From: Paramoeba atlantica
Lineage: Eukaryota; Protista; Discosea
Assembly: GCA_977017575.1 (NCBI GenBank)
Contig: CDRNVI010000071.1
Location: 251,929 to 315,928 of the forward strand
Direction: 5' to 3'
DNA: 64,000 bases
Made by a program: the position numbers and the translations under genes. Shown piece after piece: positions 10,741 to 20,202 of the stretch (the stretch's first letter is position 1; every line of letters begins with the position of its first letter). The notes below the pieces were generated by a model. That model searched no databases. It was not told the origin of the DNA and saw nothing but the letters and a program-made list of their open reading frames with translations.

Positions 10741-11316
10741 CAGGGGGGATCAGCTAAATCTGGGGGGGGTCTTAAATTTGTAAAAGCTGGCCAATTTTGG
10801 AAAGTAATACTGCATTCGATAACTCTCGAATAGCCCTCTTGGGGAACCTATGACGTTTCCCGTGCTTTTACGCACATCACTTTTAGATAAAAATTACGTT
10901 TCTTCGGGGTGCAAAATTTGTATTTTTTCACATTTTTTTACTTTTTTGCCTGTTTTTTCCCATTTTTGGAGCATTCATACCACAAAGACTGGTGCACTCA
11001 CATTCTTCTCGAAGGAAATTCTCGGAGAGCCGTTTCTTACCCTCAGATAAAACAAAACTAACGCATATAATGTTGTTCGTTCAAGATTTGTCATTTCACC
11101 TTTTTGCAATTTTCTAGAAAAAATTGCAATTGACTTTTTTGAACCACCTGTCATTTTACAAAAATGTTATCTATGCGGGAAACGACATAGATTCCACAAG
11201 ACTTGTAGATTCCACAAGAGGGCTATTCGAGAGCTCTCGAATGCGCTATTATTTTCCAAAATTGACCACTTTTTACAAATTTTAGACCCCCCCCCAGATT
11301 TAGCTGATCCCCCCTG
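10741..11316. mobile_element. MITE (576 bp) with about 100-bp imperfect TIRs, TA|CAGGGGGG...CCCCCTG|TA
   Basis: caggggggatcagctaaatctgggggggg..ctcgaatagccctctt (10741-10840) is mirrored at 11216-11316. Confidence 0.85.
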
Positions 11317-11764
11317 TACATTGGAAGGCGTGCGCGAGCGGAGGGGACTTCGTTTTCTGGGGCTTCAGGGGTAAAAGAATATGAAATGCCACAAATATTA
11401 AAAGTTTCGTGGTTATCATACCCTAACTGATCAAATCTCTTGACTATGTCAACCTGATTTCCTGGTGAGTTTCCCTCATCCAATGGAACATTGAAAATTA
11501 CGCGCGGTGAGGGGAAAAGATTGCGTTGCTTCGTAATCGGCAATAAAAAGCATGCGCCAGATTACGTTTACGTGTCCAGGCGAATATGCTCTTTCAGAGT
11601 GTTTATCGGGCGATCGTCCTCGATCCCGTTTTGTGGCACAAATCAGGGGAGAAATCAGAAAAACTGTGAAAACTGCAAAGTTTTTTCTATCAAAAAACAA
11701 AGTTTTTGATGTGCTTTCAAAAATCCAATTAACGCGGATTCCATGAATGCACGTTCATGAGCCT

Positions 11765-11854
11765 GTCCGAGAGCTCTCGAATGCGCTATAACTTTCCAAT
11801 TTTGGACCGGTTTTACAAATTTTAGACCCCCGCACATCCAAATTTACACCCCTG
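11765..11854. repeat. Second, diverged right TIR of the 10741 family
   Basis: gagagctctcgaatgcgctataactttcc..ttttacaaattttagacccc..cccctg|TA parallels 11226-11316. Confidence 0.7.
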
Positions 11855-11900
11855 TAAGTTCTGCACCTGTCTCTGATGCAGTAGGGGGGGGGGGCACAAT

Positions 11901-12325
11901 TTTAGGCTCTTCGTTATACACGGTGGTTGTTTTCAACTTAGAAGTCACTCATGCTGCGCTCTTCGCGTTGAAAACTACCACCGCGTATACCGAAGAGCCT
12001 AAAAAAGAAAAATTGACCTGGAAAGCTGAAGAAAACGGAAAGATTATAGACAAGAATATAGCTAAAAAAATAGCCTATTTTCGGGTAAAAATGGGGTGAT
12101 TTGTGCGTATTGAAATGGGGTCAATTTTGGGTATTTTTGCTCTCGGGGCACTAAATCCGACATTTGCGCGTGGGAAATCACTCGTAGGCATGAATGAAGG
12201 CTTTCGGAACGTAATGGGTAGAGAATACGACTCCAACCACACCATTCTTTCGACACAAAAAGGCCCCTTGGGGTCCGAAAAATACCTTTTCACCTTTTTT
12301 GGCCAAAAACGGGTCATTTTGGGAG
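11901..12325 (+). repeat. Dispersed repeat family B, copy 1 (starts with a long hairpin)
   Basis: Shared with 15858-16305 (inverted), 34931-35075 (internally deleted) and 35131-35510. Confidence 0.85.
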
Positions 12326-12432
12326 GCATTGCACGGCCTTTCTAAGCCAAAAAAGGGGCGTAATAACCGATCATCCCATATTCGCCAGGGGGGCTCAACC
12401 TGTACAAACGTCCTAACACAGACCTGCTCTGT

Positions 12433-12486
12433 TCGGCGTAACTTTGTGCTGTTCGCGGCCAGTCGTGTCAAGGCACGATGAAACAT
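12433..12486 (-). pseudogene. Truncated third copy of the KAP-like gene
   Basis: MFHRALTRLAANSTKLRR is followed by unrelated sequence next to repeat B. The upstream spacer 12487-12850 duplicates 13538-13860. Confidence 0.75.
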
Positions 12487-13036
12487 TTGTTATAGAGATA
12501 AGAAACAGGTTAGATAAATTATTTTGAAGTGAGATATGAAATTTCAGAGAAATAGTACGACAGCATTGTACACCACATTGTTGCATTCTTTGAGTTTCAA
12601 ATCAAGTTTGACTTGCTTAGCGTAAAAGTAACAAATAAAATTCAACTCTACCAAACGCAATGATGAAAAAAGTAATAACTATATAAAGCAATGAAGATAA
12701 AGAAATTAGTCTAAGCGTTGGGCCTCTTTCTGTATGGTAGTGTACGAATACCAGAACTATTATCACTAAAAAGTAGACATTGTTGCTCGAACATGTGAGA
12801 CTGGACAATTCTTAGAGTCTTTGTTTGAGTACAGTATAAGTATCTTTTGCTTTGAGTGAACATAAAACGAATCTATGTGGTGTTACATACGATTTCATTA
12901 AGTGCATTGTATTTTCCTGTGATTAATTCATGACAAACATTTCAATCATCCATGTACATCTAAAAGGTTGCTGCTGTACGTTTCTCTGTAAACAAGATAA
13001 AATTTTATTTTACGATAAAGATTATTACTTGGAAAT

Positions 13037-13537
13037 CTACTTTTGCTTACGTACTAACTTTTCAATGAACGCTTTGCCTTGTTTGCGACGCTTCGCTGCT
13101 TCCAACTCTAAAGACTTTTTGGCGCTTGATGACAGGTTCTTATATTTTGCAGAAACCTGCTTTGATACTGCACGAAATAGCTTCTTTCGATTCTTGAAAT
13201 TTGGGCGTTCTGCTGCGTAAATTACTCCCATATGCTTCTTCACAAACAAACCGTAGGATGTGGTGCGTGCATTTTTCACCTTCAATTTCAAAGACTTCTT
13301 CTCTTTTGCATTCTTGGCAGCAATCTTTCCGAATGATTTTACCTGAGCCCGACTTAACTTCTTGAACGCAGCATGCGCAGCCTTCAGCTTAGTTCCCTTC
13401 TTTCCTTTAAGGAACTTCGACATAAAGACACTCCTGGGAGTAGCAGGCAAGGAGCGTGTACCCCATGGTTTCTTGACGAGTTTTCGGCGTAACTTTGCGC
13501 TGTTCGCGGCCAATCGTGTCAAAGCACGGTGAAACAT
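13037..13537 (-). CDS. Kinetoplast-associated protein (KAP)-like basic protein with degenerate HMG boxes, copy 1
   Basis: 166 aa, very Lys-rich, with a short presequence-like MFHRALTRLA and two HMG-like halves (TPRSVFM..F.KLS; TSYGLFVK..F..VS.KYKNLS). Confidence 0.75.
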   Translation of the reverse strand: MFHRALTRLAANSAKLRRKLVKKPWGTRSLPATPRSVFMSKFLKGKKGTKLKAAHAAFKKLSRAQVKSFGKIAAKNAKEKKSLKLKVKNARTTSYGLFVKKHMGVIYAAERPNFKNRKKLFRAVSKQVSAKYKNLSSSAKKSLELEAAKRRKQGKAFIEKLVRKQK

Positions 13538-14437
13538 TTGTTATAGAGATAAGAAACAGGTTAGATAAATTATTTTGAAGTGAGATATGAAATTTCAGAG
13601 AAATATCATATCACATCGTACTTGCTTAGCGTAAAAGTAACAAAAAAAATTCAACTCTACCAAACGCAATGATGAGAAAAGTGATAACTATGTAAAGCAA
13701 TGAGGATAGAGAAATTAGTCTAAGCGTTGGGCCTCTTTCTGTATGGCAGCGTACTAATACCAGAACTATTATCACTAAAAAGTAGACAATGTTGCTCGAA
13801 CATGTGAGACTGGACAATTCTTAGAGTCTTTGTTTGAGTATAGTATAAGTATAAAACAGTTCGGTGAAAGGGGACTTTTTTCCCCCGAAAAAAACTTGAA
13901 ATTTTTTCATTGTGGTTTCTCAAACAAAATTTCAGTATTATCCAAGTGAGTGATTAAGCATCATATTTTTTGCTACTTACACGACTCCGCTCTATCTTTT
14001 TTCTTTGCACAGGCTGTAAAATGTATGACAGTATCATTTTTTGTAGTTGGGAACCTTGGATGACGTGATGACAGAAGCCTGTACCGTACGATGTGAATTG
14101 AGGAGTTCTTGTAATCCGCTGTTTAAGGAATTTGAAATTATTGTCCAGGCTCAGAACCAGAACCAAGATAGAGCTCATAAGTTTTCTTGTTTGGTGTATT
14201 TTATTAAGGGAAGTACATGTACGAAGTTAAAAGAGTTTTTTTTGGGGGAAAAAAGTCCCTTTTGACCAACAATTCTATATGATGTTGCATACAATTTCAT
14301 TAAGTGCATTGTATTTTCCTTTGACGAATTCATGACAAACATTTCAATCATCCAGGCACATCTAAAAGGTTGCTGCTGTATTTTTGCATGTAAAAAAAGT
14401 TAACGTTCATGTAATAAAAAATTGGTCATTCAGAAGT

Positions 14438-14941
14438 CTACTTTTTTTTACGCATTAACTGTTCAATGAACGCTTTGCCTTGTTTGCGACGCTTCGCTGC
14501 TTCCAACTCTAAAGACTTTTTGGCTCTTGATGACAGGTTCTTATATTTTCTCAAAACCTGTTTTAATACTGCACGAAATAGCTTCTTTCGACTCTTGAAG
14601 TTTGGGCGTTCTGCTGCGTAAATAACTGCCATATGCTTCTTCACAAACAAAGCGTACGGTGTACTGCGTGCATTTTTCACCTTCACTTTCAAAGACTTCT
14701 TCTCTTTTGCATTCTTTGCAGCAATCTTTCCGAATGATTTTACCCGAGCCGGGCTCATCTTTTCAAATGCAGAATGCGCAGCCTTCAGCTTAGGAGTTCC
14801 CTTCTTTCCTTTAAGGAACTTCGACATAAAGACACTCCTGGGAGTAGCAGGCAAGGTGCGTGTACCCCATGGTTTCTTGACGAGTTTTCTGCGTAACTTT
14901 GCGCTGTTCGCGGCCAGTCGCGTCAAAGCACGGTGAAACAT
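14438..14941 (-). CDS. KAP-like HMG-box protein, copy 2
   Basis: 167 aa diverged tandem paralog of 13037-13537. Confidence 0.75.
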   Translation of the reverse strand: MFHRALTRLAANSAKLRRKLVKKPWGTRTLPATPRSVFMSKFLKGKKGTPKLKAAHSAFEKMSPARVKSFGKIAAKNAKEKKSLKVKVKNARSTPYALFVKKHMAVIYAAERPNFKSRKKLFRAVLKQVLRKYKNLSSRAKKSLELEAAKRRKQGKAFIEQLMRKKK

Positions 14942-15254
14942 GTTTGTTTTAGTAAAAGAAGAAAGTGGAAACAGCTTACAGAAGGTGGATTAGATACACT
15001 ATTTGAAAAAAATCGTGTAACTATAGAGAGGGGTGAAACCTGCAGAAACGTGAGTTGGGCAGGAAAAAATACTTACAAGTAGTCAAATTTGAGATTTAGG
15101 TTAAAAGGACCCAGACGTGCGCATTTTTCACATTTTTTTAAACTTCACCATTTTATAAAACATTTCACTCTAAACTAACTTGTACACGTCTACAGTACAT
15201 TTGCACGTCCAGCAAGAGTCTACGTAGAGGATATAAACGCCTGGCCAAAATAAG

Positions 15255-15535
15255 GCACCCCCCTCCAAAGTTTCAATACTTCGCTTGTTTGAGCTAATTT
15301 TTGTAGCATTTTATAGATCTCAATACAAAGATTTTGCGCGTTAAGAAACGGAACAAAAAATCCAAAGTGCATACATTTGAAAGTCTGATTACTACATTTT
15401 CACCCTGTTAAAATTTTCAAAAAAAATTACTCCTTTTTAACGAAAAAGTCTTCCCCCCTCTGAGAAATTCAACTTTTTTCATGTTTTTTTGCTCATTTTT
15501 GTTGCAAACGAGAGATCTCGTTTCCCTCACGAAGA
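15255..15535 (-). repeat. Diverged inverted fragment of family A
   Basis: gtttgagctaatttttgtagcatttt..caaagattttgcgcgtta matches the reverse complement of 2730-2820; acgagagatctcgtt matches 2185-2200 reversed. Confidence 0.6.
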
Positions 15536-15538
15536 TGA

Positions 15539-15784
15539 TTGCTGCCCTTTTTTCACGAGCGCAGACTAGACAATCCTGATAGCTACTACATCGCATTCGA
15601 AATTGGAGCACGAGGACTCCCTAACAGCTCCTGTCGCTACCTCGACGCGATATTCCAAGGGGATCGAAAACGAGCAAAACCATGCAGGGAAAGCATGAGT
15701 TTGATGGCCGGTCGGGCCAGCTATATTATCTGGTCTCGAAGGAATGAGATCGAGTGGACTGATGAAAACCGCTCTGCTTGCTAA
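15539..15784 (+). mobile_element. 3'-terminal relic of an RLE-type (HERO-like) non-LTR retrotransposon
   Basis: YIAFEIGARGLPNSS..YL..MSLMAGRASYIIWSRRNEIEW resembles the HERO-type tail VEVG.RG...S..L...A..AS..IW..R...W. It is antisense to the gene cluster. Confidence 0.55.
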
Positions 15785-15857
15785 AACAAAAGGTTGCTCG
15801 TTGTATGCGGGTCATACACCTTTATATCTCTACATTATGTATGAAAAAAACAAACTT

Positions 15858-16305
15858 CGCAAGATATCCCTTCTTGGAGCCGTAGTGCGACCCTCAAAAT
15901 GACCCATTTTTGACTAAAAAAGGTGAAAAAGTACAGTATGATGTGAAAAAGTACTGTATTTTTCAGATCCCTATGGGCCTTTTTATGTCGAAAGAATGGT
16001 GTGGTTGGAGTCGCATTCTATACCCATTACGTTCAGTAGGCTTTACTTCACGCGTACTAGTGATTTCCCACACGCAAATATCGGATTTAGTGCTCTGAGA
16101 GCAAAAATACGCAAAAATGATCCCATTTTTACCTGAAAATCGGCTATTTTTGGCTATAGTCTTTCCGTTTTCTTCAGCTTTCCAAGCCAAATTTTCTTTT
16201 TTGGGCTCTTCGCTGAACGCGGTGGTTGTTTTCAACGCGAAGCACGCAGCATAAGTGACTTCTAAGTTGAAAACAAACACCGCGTTTAACGAAGAGCCTA
16301 AAAAA
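15858..16305 (-). repeat. Dispersed repeat family B, copy 2 (inverted)
   Basis: Reverse complement of 11901-12325 and 35131-35545. Confidence 0.85.
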
Positions 16306-16571
16306 GAATTATTGTTAACATTGAGGGAGATACGGAGTATCTAACTCGCTTACTAAGGTTAATTCCAAAAACTGAAAAAGATCGCCAAAAAAACATAAGA
16401 TCGAGGTTTTTCAAAATTCCAAAACGTAGCAGTAGGTCATTAGATGAACTCTTAAATACTCTAAAAATCATCTAAAACAACCTTATTTCCCAAATTTTAG
16501 AACATTTTTCGTAAAAAAAAGTGCTTGTGCAAAGGTCTGCGATACGACAAACTGGTTGACTAAGGAGCGTC

Positions 16572-16648
16572 CTTTGAGTAGTCCAGTTGGTAAAGGGGTT
16601 CCATTTTGACGCTGGACGTCCGCGGTTCGATTCCCGACATCGACATTT
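16572..16648 (+). pseudogene. Degenerate tRNA-like element with intact Pol III A and B boxes
   Basis: A box TAGTCCAGTTGG (16579), B box GGTTCGATTCC (16624) at tRNA spacing, then TTTT. Acceptor, anticodon and T stems pair poorly. Confidence 0.6.
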
Positions 16649-16829
16649 TACTAAAACAATCAAAAAAAAATTATTTGCTCAAAATCGCAAAAAAAAACAA
16701 ATTGGGAATAATTTTTTTTTCAGATTTTTTTTCTCGAAAACGTGGCCAGTTGGCCACCAAAAGCACGGTTTGCATTTTGTATATGTATAGAGAGAAAAAT
16801 AATGAGCAGGTCCGAGTGGTAGTGTGCAG

Positions 16830-17310
16830 CTACAGTGCCCGTGAGAGAGTAAGTGTACTGCCACGTGAGGCAGTGGTTGCACAGTGATGCAGTGCAAGTA
16901 CAGTGGAACGTGCGAGAGTAAGTGCACTGCCACTGTAAGTACAGTGGTACGTGAAAGAGTAAGTGCCACGTGCCGAGGAGGCGACACCCCGCCTGTGGGG
17001 TTTATACCTGTAACATCATCATCATCAAGTGCCACGTGCATACGTGTACACGTGGCACTTACTCTTTCGTGGCAGTGGTGTACTGCCACGCGGGGCAGTG
17101 ACTGCAGTGATGCAGTGCAGCTGCATCACGTACGTGAAAGAGTAAGTCTACTGCCACGTGAGGCAGTGAACGCAGTGTAGATGCAGTGGCGCGTGAGAGA
17201 GTCAGTGGCTGCAGTGTAGCTGCAGTGGCACGTGAGAGAGTAAGTGTACTGCCACGTGAGGCAGTGACTGTATTGATGCAGTGTGTAGCTAGAGTGGAGC
17301 GCGGGTGCAG
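16830..17310. repeat. Degenerate minisatellite (gtgagagagtaagtgtactgccacgtgaggcagtg units)
   Basis: At least 6 variant units, one inverted at about 17045-17075; actgcc-acgtga-ggcagt forms a hairpin. Confidence 0.75.
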
Positions 17311-17397
17311 GTGGACTGCACATGAAACACCCACATGAGAGACCGTGCGCCACCAGTGGCTGCACTGGTGTTCCTTTTGGAGAGTGTTGTTACAGAT

Positions 17398-17490
17398 CGC
17401 CATGTTGTGGAAGGGTGGTCAGCTGGCCATCTCGTGGAAGAGTGGCCGACTGGCCATGTTGTGGAAGAGTGGCCAGCTGGCCATGTTGTG
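17398..17490. repeat. 27-bp tandem repeat, about 3.5 copies
   Basis: ggccatgttgtggaagagtggccagct units placed head to tail without spacers. Confidence 0.85.
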
Positions 17491-17534
17491 AAGAAATCAA
17501 CCGGGTCTGCACCGCCTCGAAGGGCCCGCCGTAT

Positions 17535-17740
17535 AACCCAGATTGAAAGGGGCGATGGAGATACGAAGCAACAGTCGTGGCAGATTCCCACTGAAAAAAA
17601 ATGGTATCTCCCCGCACGAGAAACGCCTTAGCGCTTGCTGGCTCGGAGACAAACTTGGTGCGGGGAGATACCATTTCTTTTCAGTGGGAATCTGCCACGC
17701 CTGTTGCTTCGTATCTCCCTCGCCCCTTTCAATCTGGGTT
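17535..17740. repeat. Fold-back palindrome P1 with four GGAGATAC sites
   Basis: About 80-bp arms with few mismatches and a loop of about 40 nt. Confidence 0.9.
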
Positions 17741-17940
17741 CGATTATTGTTAGCAAAAAATGGAAATTAATGAAGGGGGGAGTATAATTTAAACGCATAT
17801 TAAGAAAAAATAGTCTCCCGATGTGCTGTAAATAGGGGGAACGTGAAGATCTCAAAATTTTGAACTTTAAAGCGGCGACGGTAAGGCTAAGAGTAACGCA
17901 CGAATTCTTTTCCTCAATCCATAGGCACCAACCATCTTTC

Positions 17941-19755
17941 TCATTCCATATCTGCAAACAAATCGTACATATCACTCTGGTACACACCCGGAGAAAAGTC
18001 ACCCCCTATACCGAACGACCCGCCGCATGATCCCCCCACAAACTGACAATAAATTTGCAGTAACGAATCCAGCACCTTGGATCGTATCTGGTCCCGTGCC
18101 TCACGGTACCGCTGCAGGTGATCCTCCGGACTTTCCATCGGCTGTCGTTTCAACAACTCCGGGATACCCCCATACACCTCCCGCATCACTCTCTTCGCGG
18201 AGGTCTCCGTACCCCTTCCAGTGCCAACATTAAATACCGCAAACGCCTCGTTCTGTTCCTGACGAAGCGTTAAATCCTCCACCTCGGAAGCTACCAGGGG
18301 GGAGAACACGGCAGGCGGGGTCGCGAGCACCGAAGGGGGACTCCAGACTTTACCCCTCCCCCCCCCTCCTTCTCTCTCCCCTACACTCCGTGGGGTCGTA
18401 CTCGACCCGGAGTGCAGCACGTCACGTATCCCGTGGGCGGGGCCGGGGCGGGCGGCCAGGGTTGCGTGGGTCCGGGACCCCGGAGTCAACCCACTGGCAG
18501 GTTGACGTGTTTTACTACGTTTGTTACGTACCGCTGAGTTGTAGAAGTTGTTGTTGGAGTTGTAGGCTCCGGTGTCACTGGAGGTTTCCGTAACCGTGTG
18601 ACCCCGGGGGAGGGGGAGCTCATCGTTTTCCGATGACTGTGGGGAGACACTGGGGTAGGGTACACCCCAGGGAGAGCTGTAGCACGGGTCACTACGGGTT
18701 CTCCAGAACGTGCTCTGGGTGTTCACCGTGAGTCCGGTACGGGTGCGGTTGAGATACTCAAAGTGTTTCAAGGCACCGTTCTGGCCGTAGCAGTGTAGTG
18801 GACGCCAGGGGAGAAAATTCTTCACGCTGGCATAGGACAGCCACATGGGTTCCCCGTTGTAGTCGTCCTGGAAGGTACGTCGGTTCAGTGCCTCCGGGAG
18901 CTTGAGTTTTTCTTTGACTTGTTTGCGCACCAGTCGTGGGGTAACGGGGAGGGTGCGCTCGCGGTAGCTTCGGTGGCGGGCCGGGATGTGCGCCCAGGCG
19001 GCACAATAGTAGAGCTTCGGAGTGGGCATAGCCCAGTGTGCGGCAAGAGACCTTGACAACCAGTCCGCGTCCGATGCAAGGGAGGTGTAATCTAGCGACG
19101 AAGGTGATGACAGGGGAGGGTGATAAAGGGCTGGAGTTTTTTCGATGCTGGAGATGTCGCGTGGGGAGGATGGAAGGAACGCGGATAGGGGTGTTTCAGA
19201 GAGAGGTGAGCAAGCCAACATTTTAGAGGTACACGCAGGACTGTCTGTACGTACGCTCTTTAAAGTTAAAGAGTTGTTGTGGAACGAAAATATTTTCCGT
19301 GGTGCGCGGAGCATTTCAACTTTTTGTGCGAAACTTTCGCTATTCGAACAATCAGTAGAGTAAGGCGCCGATTCAGAAATATTTTCAGAGGAGTATTCTT
19401 CAAAGCTGATAACGTAGTCAAAACGCTGACCGTTTTGAAAGAGGGTGCGGTTACTCTTGCTCATAAGAGAGGAATGTATGCCAACCTCTTCTAAGACAGT
19501 ACGGGTGTTTGACTGCGGCCCGATTGTGTGGTGAATTCCGGCACTTGCAACCCAAAGTGGGGAGCTCGCTAGCAGTTTCTTGTCGATCTGATTGGAAACG
19601 TACGCTTCTTTCTGTAGAAGAAGACTGTCTGCATTGTGATCCACGTTTTTTGCAAAGGATGGATCTGAGAATCTTTCCCAATAGTGACGAATAAATGCCT
19701 CCGTAATTAGTGTTCTGGCCGTGTTTGTTCGACCCAGTACTGCGACAGCTATCAT
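17941..19755 (-). CDS. LMW-PTP/ArsC-fold protein lacking the catalytic Cys, with long insertions
   Basis: VAVLGRTNTARTLITEAF (cf. VLFVCxGNxCRSxMAEA), VASAG, VLEEVGI, FDYVI, HWAMPTP and YREARDQIRSKV. ATG at 19755; the track starts at TTG 19758. Confidence 0.6.
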   Translation of the reverse strand: MIAVAVLGRTNTARTLITEAFIRHYWERFSDPSFAKNVDHNADSLLLQKEAYVSNQIDKKLLASSPLWVASAGIHHTIGPQSNTRTVLEEVGIHSSLMSKSNRTLFQNGQRFDYVISFEEYSSENISESAPYSTDCSNSESFAQKVEMLRAPRKIFSFHNNSLTLKSVRTDSPACTSKMLACSPLSETPLSAFLPSSPRDISSIEKTPALYHPPLSSPSSLDYTSLASDADWLSRSLAAHWAMPTPKLYYCAAWAHIPARHRSYRERTLPVTPRLVRKQVKEKLKLPEALNRRTFQDDYNGEPMWLSYASVKNFLPWRPLHCYGQNGALKHFEYLNRTRTGLTVNTQSTFWRTRSDPCYSSPWGVPYPSVSPQSSENDELPLPRGHTVTETSSDTGAYNSNNNFYNSAVRNKRSKTRQPASGLTPGSRTHATLAARPGPAHGIRDVLHSGSSTTPRSVGEREGGGGRGKVWSPPSVLATPPAVFSPLVASEVEDLTLRQEQNEAFAVFNVGTGRGTETSAKRVMREVYGGIPELLKRQPMESPEDHLQRYREARDQIRSKVLDSLLQIYCQFVGGSCGGSFGIGGDFSPGVYQSDMYDLFADME

Positions 19756-20202
19756 CAATCTACAAAATTAAGAACAGAAATATAAGCCCGACGTTACTTG
19801 TTAATGTAGCAGCGGGGATATCATAGCGCATGTATCCAAATTTACTTTCTTGGGTTATAAATTACGAGTTGTAATTTAATAATTAAGTACTTTATGTTAC
19901 AATTAAGTACTTTATGTACTTTAATAATTTACAAGTACTCTCTAAATTCGTGTATACGTGGAACATTGTAGCATAGCTACAATAAAAGTACATTCCGTTG
20001 CATTACATTTGTTTAACGATAATGTAATCGTGTTGATAAATAAACATCAGTCTATGAATATACTATTAGAACTATACATTATGCTTTTATATTAAAACTT
20101 CTGAACACCACTGAGATTTTTCGTACCTTATTATTACGTAAAGCGTTTTTTTGCGGTGAAACTCCATGTTCAAATCTTCTTGCCCAGGATACGGTGGTTG
20201 TT

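Noticed and set aside
12617-13817. Twin 63-aa hydrophobic ORFs at 12617 and 13626
   Set aside because: They lie in the duplicated AT-rich KAP spacer, and the similarity is explained by the duplication.
17398-17490. 27-bp repeats as a CRISPR array
   Set aside because: Head-to-tail repeats with no unique spacers, no cas genes, eukaryotic context.
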